Shown here in pieces: positions 20,525-29,888 of a DNA stretch of 32,000 nucleotides (position 1 is the first letter of the stretch; every line of letters starts with the position of its first letter). Both the position numbers and the translations under genes were made by a program. The notes under the pieces were generated by a model. That model did not search any database and was not told the origin of the DNA. It saw only the letters and a program-made list of their open reading frames with translations. The stretch is from Nitrosospira multiformis ATCC 25196 (GTDB taxonomy: Bacteria > Pseudomonadota > Gammaproteobacteria > Burkholderiales > Nitrosomonadaceae): contig NC_007614.1 of assembly GCF_000196355.1 (NCBI RefSeq), positions 900,001 to 932,000 on the forward strand. The letters are read 5' to 3'.

Positions 20525-20864
20525 GATCGCGCCTGATACAAAGTGTACGGATGCATGGCTGTATCGTCGCCGAATTCTTTTTTCCCACGCGCGATCCCTT
20601 CCCGCAGCTTATATCCGGTATCGTGTTTCGGCTTGCTACAGCAAAAATCCTTGTTCCCGTGCAGGCCGCTTTGCAGTTCGATCGCCTTGAGAAGTACCGC
20701 GGCCGTGCCGGGTGCAGATGCGCAGAGGATCTGCGACAGGCTCAGCGTCGGTCGGGGACAAGGGCTACAGATGAATGGAAGAAACGCGGGCAACAGACAT
20801 GACCTGTTCCGCATTCTGAATCAGGACTCAACAAGCTGTCAGGCAGAACCTGGCCTGCTTCAGG

Positions 20865-20896
20865 TAAATAAAAACAGCCCGGGCAAAGCCGGGCTG
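20865..20896 (-). terminator. Rho-independent terminator after haoB
   Basis: On the - strand, CAGCCCGG-ctttgc-CCGGGCTG is followed by TTTTTATTT, 98 nt after the haoB stop. Confidence 0.8.
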
Positions 20897-20993
20897 TGTT
20901 GCTACGTTTGATGAGGTGGCCCTACAGATGCGGTTGTCGGCAGAAGTGGGTGGTCATTAACCTGTGCCGTTTGCGTCAACCGCGATAGCGGAT

Positions 20994-22109
20994 TTACTCG
21001 GCGGCCGGAGGCAGGACGGGCGCCGGAAAGGAGGCGGCATCCTCCGGGGTGGCGCCGGCTGAGGCAGGTTCCTTGCCGCCCGGTATCCTGTACACCCAGT
21101 AGCCCCCGGTCTGGTAGATGAGCTGCACCGCGGTCAGGTCAAGCGGCATCGACTGGGTGAAGGGCAGCATCTGCGCAATCAGGGTCTGGTCGCTTTTGTC
21201 ATCCTTGAGGAAGTAGCCGCGCACCAGCCTGTCCGAGAGGGATTGCAGGGTGTAGGTCTTGTAGTTGTTGTCCAGCACCCATCGCTTGAGATAGTCGACC
21301 ATGCCATGCATGTTGCCTTCCATGGGGAAGTTGCGATAGGCAACGTCGAACCGCCCCGGACGCATGACGCCAAGCTTGTACAGGTCGGTGACATGAATGG
21401 CAAGATAGGCTTCGCGATCGCCCGCCAGTTCGCGCAGGATGGCAGCCCCCGCTTGAGGTTCGGCCATCAGGGCATCGGCAAAGCGCTCGAATTTCTGCTC
21501 TTCTTCCCGTCCTGCCTTGCCGCCCCAGAAGTCGTCTTCGTATTTGCGGATGGCGTCAGCCTGCTTCTGCCACGGCGTCGGTATGACGAGGTAATCGGAG
21601 AACTGTCCGCTGAACAGGGTGTCGCGCTTCGAGAGAAGCTTGAGCTGGCGCGAGGTGTCCCACCAGCCAAGCACCAGCGCATCCTTGCCCGCGTACTTGT
21701 CGATGGCGGCAGCCAGAGTGGCCAGTTCGTTGAGTTTGAGATCGGTCGTGAGCAGCAGCTCACTCGTGCGGTTTTCCCAGTCGAGCCTCACCTGCGGGCC
21801 ATTGGCCTGACGTGCCGCATGCAGCACCGCCAGCGGCTGGGGAATGTCTTCGGCAAAGACTTCATACCGGGCAATGGAAAGGTCCGGCCACTTGCCCAGT
21901 CCAAGCTGCGGGAATTTGTCTGCGCTGCCTTCTTCCGCCAGCTGGTAGCGGTAGGGGGCAGGCCCGGGATTGAACCATGCCCAGGCAAACCACAGGAGCA
22001 AAAGAATTCCTCCCGCCACCAGGAGAATGCCCAGTGAGGGGAGGAGTTTAGAGCCAGGCCGCGCCCCCGGGGTGGGGGCAGCGGCGCGGCTGGAAGTTGA
22101 GGCTGTCAA
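20994..22109 (-). CDS. haoB: HaoB (orf2), membrane-anchored protein co-transcribed with hao
   Basis: The 371-aa ORF lies 32 nt downstream of hao and has an N-terminal TM helix (LGILLVAGGILLLLWFAWAWF). Its position matches orf2/haoB of known hao clusters. TTG start, so the start is uncertain. Confidence 0.85.
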   Translation of the reverse strand: MTASTSSRAAAPTPGARPGSKLLPSLGILLVAGGILLLLWFAWAWFNPGPAPYRYQLAEEGSADKFPQLGLGKWPDLSIARYEVFAEDIPQPLAVLHAARQANGPQVRLDWENRTSELLLTTDLKLNELATLAAAIDKYAGKDALVLGWWDTSRQLKLLSKRDTLFSGQFSDYLVIPTPWQKQADAIRKYEDDFWGGKAGREEEQKFERFADALMAEPQAGAAILRELAGDREAYLAIHVTDLYKLGVMRPGRFDVAYRNFPMEGNMHGMVDYLKRWVLDNNYKTYTLQSLSDRLVRGYFLKDDKSDQTLIAQMLPFTQSMPLDLTAVQLIYQTGGYWVYRIPGGKEPASAGATPEDAASFPAPVLPPAAE

Positions 22110-22141
22110 ACTTGTTATCTAACCTTCAGTGCTGATAGTGC

Positions 22142-23854
22142 TTACTGACGCTCGCTTTTCTCGCGCCGGCGCCAGCCTGCCAGGGCAAGCGTGCCAGCTA
22201 GCAGCATGCCGCCACCCAGACCGCCAAGCGAGAGCTTCTCGCTGCTGTCAAGGTCGAACAGGCTTGCCTTGCGCTTGGCCTCGAGCTTCGCTACCTTCGC
22301 CTGCAACGCCGCCATTTCACGGATCTTGGTGTTCTCGTCCATGACTTCGACGTAGTCGCGGTTCATCGGGCCCCAGCCTTCGGTATAGGTCCAGCCGCCC
22401 GGGTTGACGTGCGCCAGCCCTACGTGCAGTTTGGGAAGGTTGTTCTCTCCCATTTCCAGTACCTTGAGCTCGATCGCAGCAGGGTTGTTGTCCTTGCTCC
22501 AGTAGAGCTGGGTGAAGCCTGCGAACATTTCCTTGTCGGGCGGCAGCGGCGTCGGACGGTTGGTCTTCTGGCCGGTCAGCAGCCCTTCCTTGTAGAGCTT
22601 CTCAGCCACCGCGTGCGCTTCCTTGTACTTGGCGATGCCGTGCAGCGTGCCCTTGTCCATGAATTCAAGATAGGAGCGGGCAAAACGCTCGGAGTGGCAG
22701 GAGGTGCAGGTCTTGACCCAGGAGTCAAGCCGCGCTTCCGACCATTCGCTGTTGATGTTCTCGGCTATGCCGGGAACCGCAGGGTAGTTGGCCCAGCGTA
22801 TCTTCCTCACGACGTTGTGGCTGTACTTGCCTTCATATTCGAAGTGGCAGCCGGCACAGGTGGGCGCAGTCTGCCCGCCCTTGGTGTAGGCGTCCTTGAG
22901 CGGCGCGTTCCAGTTCCACTTGTCCCCCATGATCGCTACGGTCTTGCCGTGCTTGCTCATGGAGTAGGCTTCCCAGTTGTTGTGGTCTACCCCGCTGTGG
23001 CAGGTGGCGCATGCTTCAGGATGACGCGACTCGGCAGCAGAGAATTCGTGCCGCGTGTGGCAGGAGTCGCATTTGTTCTGGTTGGTGTGGCACATGCTGC
23101 AGCCTTCGGCAATCTCGCGCTGCGGCATGGAGGCAAATACCGCTACTTCTACGTTGGCCTTCCAGTCCAGCGAGTGCGAGGGGCGTCCCTGCGGCCATTG
23201 CTTGTTCGGCCATACCAGCGTGTCGCGCTCGGATTCGCGTTCGGCAAATTCCTGCAGGTGGCAGGTGCCGCATACGTCCGCCGTCGGCATCCGCAGATCC
23301 TTCATGTGGTCTGCCTTGTCCTTCTTGTTGATGTCAACGTGACAGTCGATGCATCCTACTTCCTTGAGCTTGTCGTTGGCCCCAAGCTTGCCCATCGAGC
23401 GAAGATTCTTCTCCACGTCTTCAAGCTTCGCCTTCTTGTAGTACGTCGGGTCTTCAGGCTTCAGGTTCCGGATCTTGTCCAGGTTCGCGTGCGTGCTCCG
23501 CTTCCACGCACTCACCCATACCGGCGATTCGTCCGTGTGGCATTTGACGCATTCCTCACGCGCCGCTACTTCCTTCATCGAGGTCGGCGGCTTGTAGTAC
23601 GAGGCAGGGTCAAAGTACATGCTCATCGGGATCGGCTCCCAGTACTTCGCCAGCGTGCCGCGCCCCGCTCCCTGCGCAGGATCCTTGTATCGCTTCACCA
23701 GCGCCGAATGCAGTTCCTTCGGCGAGGCCGACTGCTCCAGCTTCAGCGCCTTATACGTCTCTTTGGGAACGCTGGGAAAGTTAGCCCACGTGGCGCCCGC
23801 AAACAGCACCCCACACGCAAGCGTAACCAGCCTCAGCCAAGGCTTCATTAACAT
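22142..23854 (-). CDS. hao: Hydroxylamine oxidoreductase (octahaem)
   Basis: The 570-aa ORF has an AAGGAGA Shine-Dalgarno and a signal peptide. It has eight CxxCH motifs (CVKCH, CIDCH, CGTCH, CSMCH, CDSCH, CATCH, CAGCH, CTSCH). The length equals what I recall for the N. europaea HAO precursor. Confidence 0.96.
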   Translation of the reverse strand: MLMKPWLRLVTLACGVLFAGATWANFPSVPKETYKALKLEQSASPKELHSALVKRYKDPAQGAGRGTLAKYWEPIPMSMYFDPASYYKPPTSMKEVAAREECVKCHTDESPVWVSAWKRSTHANLDKIRNLKPEDPTYYKKAKLEDVEKNLRSMGKLGANDKLKEVGCIDCHVDINKKDKADHMKDLRMPTADVCGTCHLQEFAERESERDTLVWPNKQWPQGRPSHSLDWKANVEVAVFASMPQREIAEGCSMCHTNQNKCDSCHTRHEFSAAESRHPEACATCHSGVDHNNWEAYSMSKHGKTVAIMGDKWNWNAPLKDAYTKGGQTAPTCAGCHFEYEGKYSHNVVRKIRWANYPAVPGIAENINSEWSEARLDSWVKTCTSCHSERFARSYLEFMDKGTLHGIAKYKEAHAVAEKLYKEGLLTGQKTNRPTPLPPDKEMFAGFTQLYWSKDNNPAAIELKVLEMGENNLPKLHVGLAHVNPGGWTYTEGWGPMNRDYVEVMDENTKIREMAALQAKVAKLEAKRKASLFDLDSSEKLSLGGLGGGMLLAGTLALAGWRRREKSERQ

Positions 23855-23940
23855 CTGCTTCTCTCCTTTACTCCGTAATGATGTTGTTGTGTCTGAACCT
23901 GCAATTCCTGCCTGCTGCTGCTTGGAAATACGTCAAATCC

Positions 23941-23968
23941 ATTAAAACTGGCGGATTTCCGGCCGGAA
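23941..23968 (-). promoter_or_regulatory. Candidate hao promoter (TTCCGG-N16-TTTAAT on the - strand)
   Basis: The -10-like TTTAAT would place the start site about 80 nt upstream of the hao ATG, similar to my recollection of about 71 nt in N. europaea. The -35 is poor. Hand-scanned only. Confidence 0.2.
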
Positions 23969-23988
23969 TACCCCTAGCGACTTTAAAA

Positions 23989-24064
23989 TTATTGTGGTCA
24001 TACTGTATCGCTGGTTCATATAAACCGGTAGCACCAGTAGGGAGACTCTTTCTGGTGCCACTGA
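23989..24064 (-). repeat. Copy B of the ~76-bp element (partner of 20333-20408)
   Basis: See copy A. It lies between the Nif3-like gene stop (24135) and the hao start, and contains the hairpin GCACCAG...CTGGTGC. Confidence 0.8.
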
Positions 24065-24134
24065 AAGCCCTTTTGAGGGAGAATATTCACCCACAAGTCT
24101 CGAACAACCTTCCCGATTTGCTTTTTCACACACT

Positions 24135-24884
24135 TCATACAGGATTGTCGATGTCGATATACTGGTGGCTGATGCCGAATTTTTCAGAAATGTGCTCTCC
24201 CAGGGCTTGCACGCCATATCGCTCGGTGGCGTGATGTCCCGCTGAAATAAAAGCAACGCTAGACTCGCGTGCAAGATGTACGGTTCGTTCTGAAATTTCC
24301 CCGGTGATGAACACGTCTGCGCCAAGGTCGATGGCGTCACCGAAATAATCCTGAGCGGCGCCGGTACACCACGCCACCCGTTTTACCAGCCGCGCGTCAT
24401 CGCCGATCACCAGCGGGGTACGGGAAAGCGCTTGTTCTACACTTACCCGTAATTCTTTCAGATTCGATACGTTCGATGGCAAGCTTCCAAACATGCCGAT
24501 ACCTTGATCCCCGAAACGACTGGTTTCGCATAAACCCAGTTTGTGGGCCAACTGTGCATTGTTGCCCAGTTCGGGATGAGCATCCAACGGTAGATGATAG
24601 GAGAGCAAGCTGATGTCGTGTGCCAGCAGCAGGGCAATGCGCTGCCGCTTCATTCCGGTCAGACAGGGATTCTCACCGCGCCAGAAATAGCCGTGATGTA
24701 CCAGAATCGCATCGGCCCGAGCCGCGATGGCAGCGTCGATAAAATCGAGCGACGCTGTTACGCCGCTTACCAGTCGCCGCACTTCGCGTCGCCCTTCCAC
24801 TTGCAGCCCGTTTGGGCAATAATCATGAAATTTTGCGATATCGAGTAATCGGTTCAAATAGGCTTCGAGCTCATTCACTTGCAT
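24135..24884 (-). CDS. Nif3/YbgI-family dinuclear metal centre protein
   Basis: 249-aa ORF ...DYCPNGLQVEGRREVRRLVSGVTASLDFIDAAI...AILVHHGYFW...SYHLPLDAHPELGNN...; typical of the YbgI/NIF3 family. Confidence 0.85.
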   Translation of the reverse strand: MQVNELEAYLNRLLDIAKFHDYCPNGLQVEGRREVRRLVSGVTASLDFIDAAIAARADAILVHHGYFWRGENPCLTGMKRQRIALLLAHDISLLSYHLPLDAHPELGNNAQLAHKLGLCETSRFGDQGIGMFGSLPSNVSNLKELRVSVEQALSRTPLVIGDDARLVKRVAWCTGAAQDYFGDAIDLGADVFITGEISERTVHLARESSVAFISAGHHATERYGVQALGEHISEKFGISHQYIDIDNPV

Positions 24885-24963
24885 TGCTGCTCACCCGGTC
24901 GCATTCGTCTATGATTTAAAATCAATGCTGCTATTTTATCCCTGATTCCACATCTCTCAATCT

Positions 24964-26160
24964 ATGCACAAGCTCTGGCTAGTTTTCGCGCAAGCTACCA
25001 CGATAGTTCTGGCAGCCCTGTTTGTCGTTTCGACTTTACGCCCGGGTCTATTACCCTGGCAATCCGGAGATGGCGGTGTCGTAACCATAAAGGAAGCTCC
25101 GGTTGACAAGTCACACAAGGCAGAGGTCGAGCCTGCCCCTGGGAGCTTCAGTAGCGCGGCGAAAAAGGCCATGCCCTCCGTGGTGAATGTATTCACCACC
25201 AAGGAAATCAAGGCTGCCCCCCATCCCTTCATGGAGGATCCTTTCTTCCGGCGTTTCTTCGGAGATCGTTTCGAATCCCCTCAGAGCCGCCGCGCCGCCA
25301 GCCTGGGATCCGGGGTGATCGTGAGTCCGCAGGGATATATCCTTACGAACCATCATGTCATTGAAGCGGCGGATGAAATCGAGATTGCGCTGGCGGACGG
25401 GAGAAAAACGAAAGCGCGGGTCATCGGCTCCGATCCCGAAACCGATCTTGCAGTGGTAAGAGTGGATATGGAAGGACTTCCGGCCATCACTTTCGGATAC
25501 TCCGACAATGCCCTGGTCGGCGATATTGTCCTTGCGATCGGTAATCCTTTCGGTGTGGGCCAGACGGTAACGATGGGGATTATCAGCGCACTCGGACGAA
25601 CCCATCTGGGTATCAACACCTTCGAAAATTTCATTCAGACCGATGCTGCCATCAATCCGGGAAATTCTGGCGGTGCACTGGTGGATGCGTCGGGTAACCT
25701 CATCGGCATCAATACCGCCATAGTCTCCAGAACGGGAGGATCACTTGGGATAGGCTTTGCCATTACAGCAGGGGTAGCCAAGCAGATCATGGAGCAGATT
25801 ATCCGGACAGGGGGCGTGACCCGTGGCTGGATCGGCGTGGAAGTACAGGATATGACGCCGGAACTTGCGGAGTCGTTCAAGCGCTCGACTACCAGCGGGG
25901 CGTTGATTGCAGGTGTGCTCAAGGGAGGACCTGCGGATCGTGCCGGAGTGAAGCCGGGTGACATTATTGTAGGAGTGGGAGGAAAAGAGGTAACGGATTC
26001 ATCCGGCATGCTCAATCTGGTAGCGGCATTACCTCCCGGAAACATGGCGACCATTACAGTCATGCGTAACCAGAACAAGAAGGCAATCGAGATCAATGTT
26101 GGAAAACGTCCCAAGCCTCAGCCTCAGGAGCAGTTTCAGGAGCCCGAGGAGCTGGAATAA
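24964..26160 (+). CDS. Periplasmic S1C serine endoprotease with one PDZ domain (DegS/AlgW-like)
   Basis: The 398-aa ORF has an N-terminal anchor and a His/Asp/Ser triad context (TNHHVI; DLAVVRV; GNSGGALVD), followed by a single PDZ-like region. Confidence 0.88.
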   Translation: MHKLWLVFAQATTIVLAALFVVSTLRPGLLPWQSGDGGVVTIKEAPVDKSHKAEVEPAPGSFSSAAKKAMPSVVNVFTTKEIKAAPHPFMEDPFFRRFFGDRFESPQSRRAASLGSGVIVSPQGYILTNHHVIEAADEIEIALADGRKTKARVIGSDPETDLAVVRVDMEGLPAITFGYSDNALVGDIVLAIGNPFGVGQTVTMGIISALGRTHLGINTFENFIQTDAAINPGNSGGALVDASGNLIGINTAIVSRTGGSLGIGFAITAGVAKQIMEQIIRTGGVTRGWIGVEVQDMTPELAESFKRSTTSGALIAGVLKGGPADRAGVKPGDIIVGVGGKEVTDSSGMLNLVAALPPGNMATITVMRNQNKKAIEINVGKRPKPQPQEQFQEPEELE

Positions 26161-26248
26161 AAGCGGTTGTGGAAGAGGACGCAGTGACTATGGCATGAGA
26201 TTGGAAATTATCTGAGCGAAAACGCGCTGTTTTTCCCCAGGCAATAAC

Positions 26249-27049
26249 TCAGCTCCTCTTTCCTTCCTCTGTTCCGGTCTGGTCGGAAGGGGAATTCGTA
26301 TCAGGACCGCCCGCTGGCTGATAAACGGCCAAAGTTTCCGAACGCCCGATGATTCCTGCAGCCAATATCCCGAGTTCATATAGCAGGTAGAGCGGCACCG
26401 CCAGCATGAATTGGGAAACAACATCCGGAGGCGTAAATATCGCGCCAACGACAAAAGCGCCGACAAGAACATAGCGGCGCATCGCTTTCAGCTTTTCAAT
26501 GGTAACAAGGCCTATCCGAACCAGTATCACAACGAATATGGGTACTTCGAATGTGATGCCGAACGCGATGAACATGGTCAGCACAAAATCCAGGTATTTG
26601 CTGATGTCTGTCATCACTGCCACACCTTCCGGCGCGAAATGGGTAATGAATTCGAACACCAGTGGAAGGACGGCAAAATAGGCAAAAGCCATGCCGCACC
26701 CGAACAGAATGCTGCTCACCAGCACCAGGGGCAGTACCAGGCGCTTTTCGTGGGAATACAATCCGGGGGCGACGAATGCCCATATCTGGTAGAGAGTATG
26801 GGGCAGGGTAATGATAAAGGCAGCCATCATGGCCACTTTCATGGGTACAAAGAAGGGCGTAACCACTTCCGTCGCGATCATCTGCCCCCCTTGAGGGAGT
26901 TTCTCGAGCAAAGGCTGCGCTAATAAAGAATAAAGCTCACGGGCATAGTAGGCGCAGGGCAAGAAGCCGAGCAGAATACCTGCACACGCCCGAAGCAGCC
27001 GGGCCCGCAGTTCGACCAGGTGCGAGATAAATGTTTCGTCGGCACTCAT
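26249..27049 (-). CDS. tatC: Twin-arginine translocase subunit TatC
   Basis: 266-aa polytopic ORF MSADETFISHLVELRARLLR...; TatC signature N-terminus, downstream of tatA and tatB. Confidence 0.95.
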   Translation of the reverse strand: MSADETFISHLVELRARLLRACAGILLGFLPCAYYARELYSLLAQPLLEKLPQGGQMIATEVVTPFFVPMKVAMMAAFIITLPHTLYQIWAFVAPGLYSHEKRLVLPLVLVSSILFGCGMAFAYFAVLPLVFEFITHFAPEGVAVMTDISKYLDFVLTMFIAFGITFEVPIFVVILVRIGLVTIEKLKAMRRYVLVGAFVVGAIFTPPDVVSQFMLAVPLYLLYELGILAAGIIGRSETLAVYQPAGGPDTNSPSDQTGTEEGKRS

Positions 27050-27176
27050 GTGATGGAAGGTGGGCGGAAAAGGTTAGACCGATCCCCTTATACCGACTGT
27101 CGATAGTGAAGTACAGCGGGGATGAGGTATAAGCATGCGTCCAGTCGACTCCTGAGCATTCTTCCGGGAGGCGGAA

Positions 27177-27620
27177 TTATTCAGCAGTTTCGCGCTCGCG
27201 ATTTACACCGGGTCCGGCTGGGTCGGAATTCTTCGTAGATTGCACCGGCGGCGGAGCAGGTTCGGCCGGGGCCGGGGAGGAATTTTGTGGGGGTGAAGAT
27301 TCTCCCGCCGGGGCTGTAGTAGGGGGAGGCATAGCGGAAGCTTCAGCACCTGCCTCTACCGTTTCCCGAAACTTATCCAGCTCGGTATGTACCGAATTTT
27401 CGATTGAACGACCCGTTTCCTCCACTGAGGCTTTCCATTTTTTCAGTTCGTCCAACTCGATTTCACGCTGGATGTCGCTTTTGACATCGTTGACATAGCG
27501 CTGTGCCCACCCGAACACATGCCCTAGCGTACGCGCCACCTTAGGGAGCCGTTCCGGCCCGATCACGATCAGTGCGACTGCCGCGATGACCAGAATTTCC
27601 GAGAAACTGATATCGAACAT
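27177..27620 (-). CDS. tatB: Twin-arginine translocase subunit TatB
   Basis: 147-aa ORF MFDISFSEILVIAAVALIVIGPERLPKVAR... with a Pro/Ala-rich tail. Confidence 0.92.
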   Translation of the reverse strand: MFDISFSEILVIAAVALIVIGPERLPKVARTLGHVFGWAQRYVNDVKSDIQREIELDELKKWKASVEETGRSIENSVHTELDKFRETVEAGAEASAMPPPTTAPAGESSPPQNSSPAPAEPAPPPVQSTKNSDPAGPGVNRERETAE

Positions 27621-27709
27621 TTTGGCAAGAATAAGACCGGATCAAGCGATCGATAGCGACCGCGTCACTTCTCGCTTGCCGAGTCGCCGGTTGTCGCCGC
27701 TATCGGTAT

Positions 27710-27934
27710 TCAGGATTTCGACTGAGCCTTATCTTTGATATCGGCATCGATAATCCGGGCCTCGGTGTGATTATGCGCGGATATCTCCTCTTCATCCGCG
27801 CTTTTTACACCTTCGCGGAAGCCCTTCACCGCCCCGCCCAGATCGCTTCCCAGATTACGGAGTTTTTTGGTACCGAATACCAGAACAACGATCAGCAGAA
27901 CGATCAGCCAATGCCAGATGCTGAATGATCCCAT
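27710..27934 (-). CDS. tatA: Twin-arginine translocase subunit TatA
   Basis: The ORF-track entry (to 27988) is over-extended. The ATG at 27934 follows AGGAGGA and gives [33 protein letters not shown] (74 aa). Confidence 0.92.
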   Translation of the reverse strand: MGSFSIWHWLIVLLIVVLVFGTKKLRNLGSDLGGAVKGFREGVKSADEEEISAHNHTEARIIDADIKDKAQSKS

Positions 27935-27971
27935 TATTCCTCCTTTATCCCTTATCCTTTGCTCATTACCT

Positions 27972-28325
27972 TTATTTCCCGCGAGCAATCATTCCCGGCA
28001 GGCGTTCCATGCCACCGATGATGTGGATGTGCAGGTGATGTACTTCTTGGCCGCCTACTCGTCCAGTATTGATTACCGTACGAAAACCATCCGTACAACC
28101 TTGTTCCCTTGCCAGCTTGGGCACCAGTACCATCATCTCACCGAGCAAGGCGCTATGGGCATTTTCCACATCGGCAAGCGAGTTGATGTGCAGTTTGGGT
28201 ATCAGCATGAAGTGTACCGGGGCCGCCGGGTGGATATCATGGAATGCATAAACGCGGGCATCCTCATACACTTTCTCGCTCGGAATTTCTCCTCGCACAA
28301 TCTTGCAAAAAATACAACTGTCCAT
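27972..28325 (-). CDS. Histidine triad (HIT) nucleotide-binding protein
   Basis: 117-aa [19 protein letters not shown]... containing the [10 protein letters not shown] histidine-triad motif. Confidence 0.92.
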   Translation of the reverse strand: MDSCIFCKIVRGEIPSEKVYEDARVYAFHDIHPAAPVHFMLIPKLHINSLADVENAHSALLGEMMVLVPKLAREQGCTDGFRTVINTGRVGGQEVHHLHIHIIGGMERLPGMIARGK

Positions 28326-28691
28326 TTACTTATCCTGATTCATCCTGCCGATTCCGTTATCTGCCAGTCCTGCTTTGCGGGCAGCTTTTTCATCAATTCC
28401 TGAAACCCCTTCCCGCCGGCGTAACTCATCCAGCACATCCCCCAGCTTCAGATTATGATGAGCCAGTAACACCAGGCAATGAAACCAAAGATCCGCCGTC
28501 TCGCGCACTACGTGCGTGCTATCCCCATCTTTCGATGCCAGCAGAACCTCCGCTGATTCTTCCGCAATCTTTTTCAGAATCTTGTCCCGTCCGTCATGCA
28601 GCAGCTTCGCCACATAAGAAGCATGGGGATCAGACTGTTTACGTGCCTCTATGGTCTCGGCAAGGCGAAAAAGAATATCGGGATCGCTCAT
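28326..28691 (-). CDS. hisE: Phosphoribosyl-ATP pyrophosphatase
   Basis: The true start ATG at 28691 overlaps the hisI stop (ATGA). The sequence is [31 protein letters not shown]...AEESAEV...ETADLWFH, typical of HisE. The ORF-track start at 28796 is over-extended. Confidence 0.9.
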   Translation of the reverse strand: MSDPDILFRLAETIEARKQSDPHASYVAKLLHDGRDKILKKIAEESAEVLLASKDGDSTHVVRETADLWFHCLVLLAHHNLKLGDVLDELRRREGVSGIDEKAARKAGLADNGIGRMNQDK

Positions 28692-29080
28692 CGCTGCCCG
28701 TAGATCTCTTCGGGATTCTTGATGACGGGTTCGGTCACCAACCACTGGTCCTGTTCCAGTTTTTTGAAAAAGCAATGATGCCTGCCGGTATGACAAGCGA
28801 CCCCCCCGACTTGTTCCACTACCAGCAGCAGGACGTCCTCATCACAATCCAGCCGGATTTCTTTTACTTTCTGCACATGCCCGGATTCTTCACCTTTATG
28901 CCAGAGTTTTTTGCGCGAGCGTGACCAGTAATGGGCCTCCCCCGTTTGCGCAGTAAGTCTCAATGCCTCGGGATTCATCCAGGCTACCATCAGTACCTTA
29001 TTGCTGATGGCATCCTGTGTCACGACCGGCACTAATCCGTCCGCAGACCAGTTTACTTTGTTGAGCCATGTATCAGACAT
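28688..29080 (-). CDS. hisI: Phosphoribosyl-AMP cyclohydrolase
   Basis: The start at 29080 gives [23 protein letters not shown]...[18 protein letters not shown]...[22 protein letters not shown], typical of HisI. The ORF-track start at 29236 would overlap hisF. Confidence 0.9.
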   Translation of the reverse strand: MSDTWLNKVNWSADGLVPVVTQDAISNKVLMVAWMNPEALRLTAQTGEAHYWSRSRKKLWHKGEESGHVQKVKEIRLDCDEDVLLLVVEQVGGVACHTGRHHCFFKKLEQDQWLVTEPVIKNPEEIYGQR

Positions 29081-29111
29081 GAATATGCCGGAGTTTGATT
29101 CGATCCTGTTA

Positions 29112-29876
29112 CTATAGTCGTACTTCAATACCATGCTGTGACATATATTCCTTGGCCTGGCGAACGGTATATTCGCCATAGTGGAAAACGCTCGCAGCCA
29201 GCACAGCATCGGCATGACCTTCCACGACTCCATCAACCAGATGCTGCAGATTGCCTACACCGCCGCTCGCAATCACCGGTACATCCACCGCATCTGACAC
29301 CGCGCGGGTCAGCGCCAGATCGAACCCATCCCGGGTACCGTCTCTGTCCATACTGGTCAGCAATATTTCTCCAGCTCCGAGAGATTGCATTTTCTTAGCC
29401 CATTCGATTGCATCGAGTCCGGTAGGCTTGCGGCCCCCGTGCGTGAATACTTCCCATCCTTGTCCCGCACGCTTGGCGTCTATCGCCACGACAATGCATT
29501 GAGAGCCATAACGCCCCGCCGCATCAGCCACCAGTTGGGGGTTTTGTATGGCCGAAGTGTTGATGCTTACCTTATCAGCTCCTGCATTCAGGAGACGGCG
29601 CACATCTTCCACCTTGCGAACACCGCCTCCTACCGTCAACGGGATGAATACCTGGGCTGCCACTTCTTCGATGATATGAAGAATCAGATCACGGTCATCG
29701 GAACTCGCGGTAATATCGAGGAAAGTCAGCTCATCCGCTCCCTGATCATCATAGCGGCGCGCTATTTCGATGGGATCTCCCGCATCTCGAAGTGAGACAA
29801 ATTTGACTCCCTTGACAACACGTCCGTTCGTAACGTCAAGACAGGGAATGATACGCTTGGCAAGACCCATAGACAC
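29112..29876 (-). CDS. hisF: Imidazole glycerol phosphate synthase cyclase subunit
   Basis: 254-aa ORF ...[31 protein letters not shown]...; HisF. Confidence 0.96.
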
Positions 29877-29888
29877 CTCTGGATACCG

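Noticed and set aside
20319-20588. Proline-rich repetitive ORFs (PLPDPALRAPRAALRV x2), together with the + strand ORFs 20336-20536 and 20338-20802.
   Set aside because: Their periodicity simply mirrors the 48-bp DNA duplication. All three frames are open because of high GC, and none has coding signals.
20272-20814. 180-aa - strand ORF considered as one gene in the haoB-cycA spacer.
   Set aside because: Its C-terminal half is translated from the 48-bp tandem duplication, the 9-bp repeats and the 76-bp element, and it runs into the cycA promoter region. Only the first ~95 codons are kept as a low-interest question (see findings).
22409-23851. 480-aa + strand ORF antisense to hao. Related cases are 21243-22037 antisense to haoB, and 19284-20375 and 18776-19471 antisense to cycA and cycB.
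   Set aside because: Same in-register antisense artefact of GC3-rich genes. There are no start-site signals, and the sense strands encode proteins with full haem-motif sets.
23931-23936. TTGACG (- strand) as the hao -35 element.
   Set aside because: No acceptable -10 hexamer lies 16-18 nt downstream (AGGCAG, CAGGCA, GGCAGG). It is more likely part of the leader if the TTTAAT -10 is real.
26214-26235. Terminator between the convergent protease and tatC genes (agcg-aaaacg-cgct followed by a T-run).
   Set aside because: The stem is only 4 bp, which is too weak to call.
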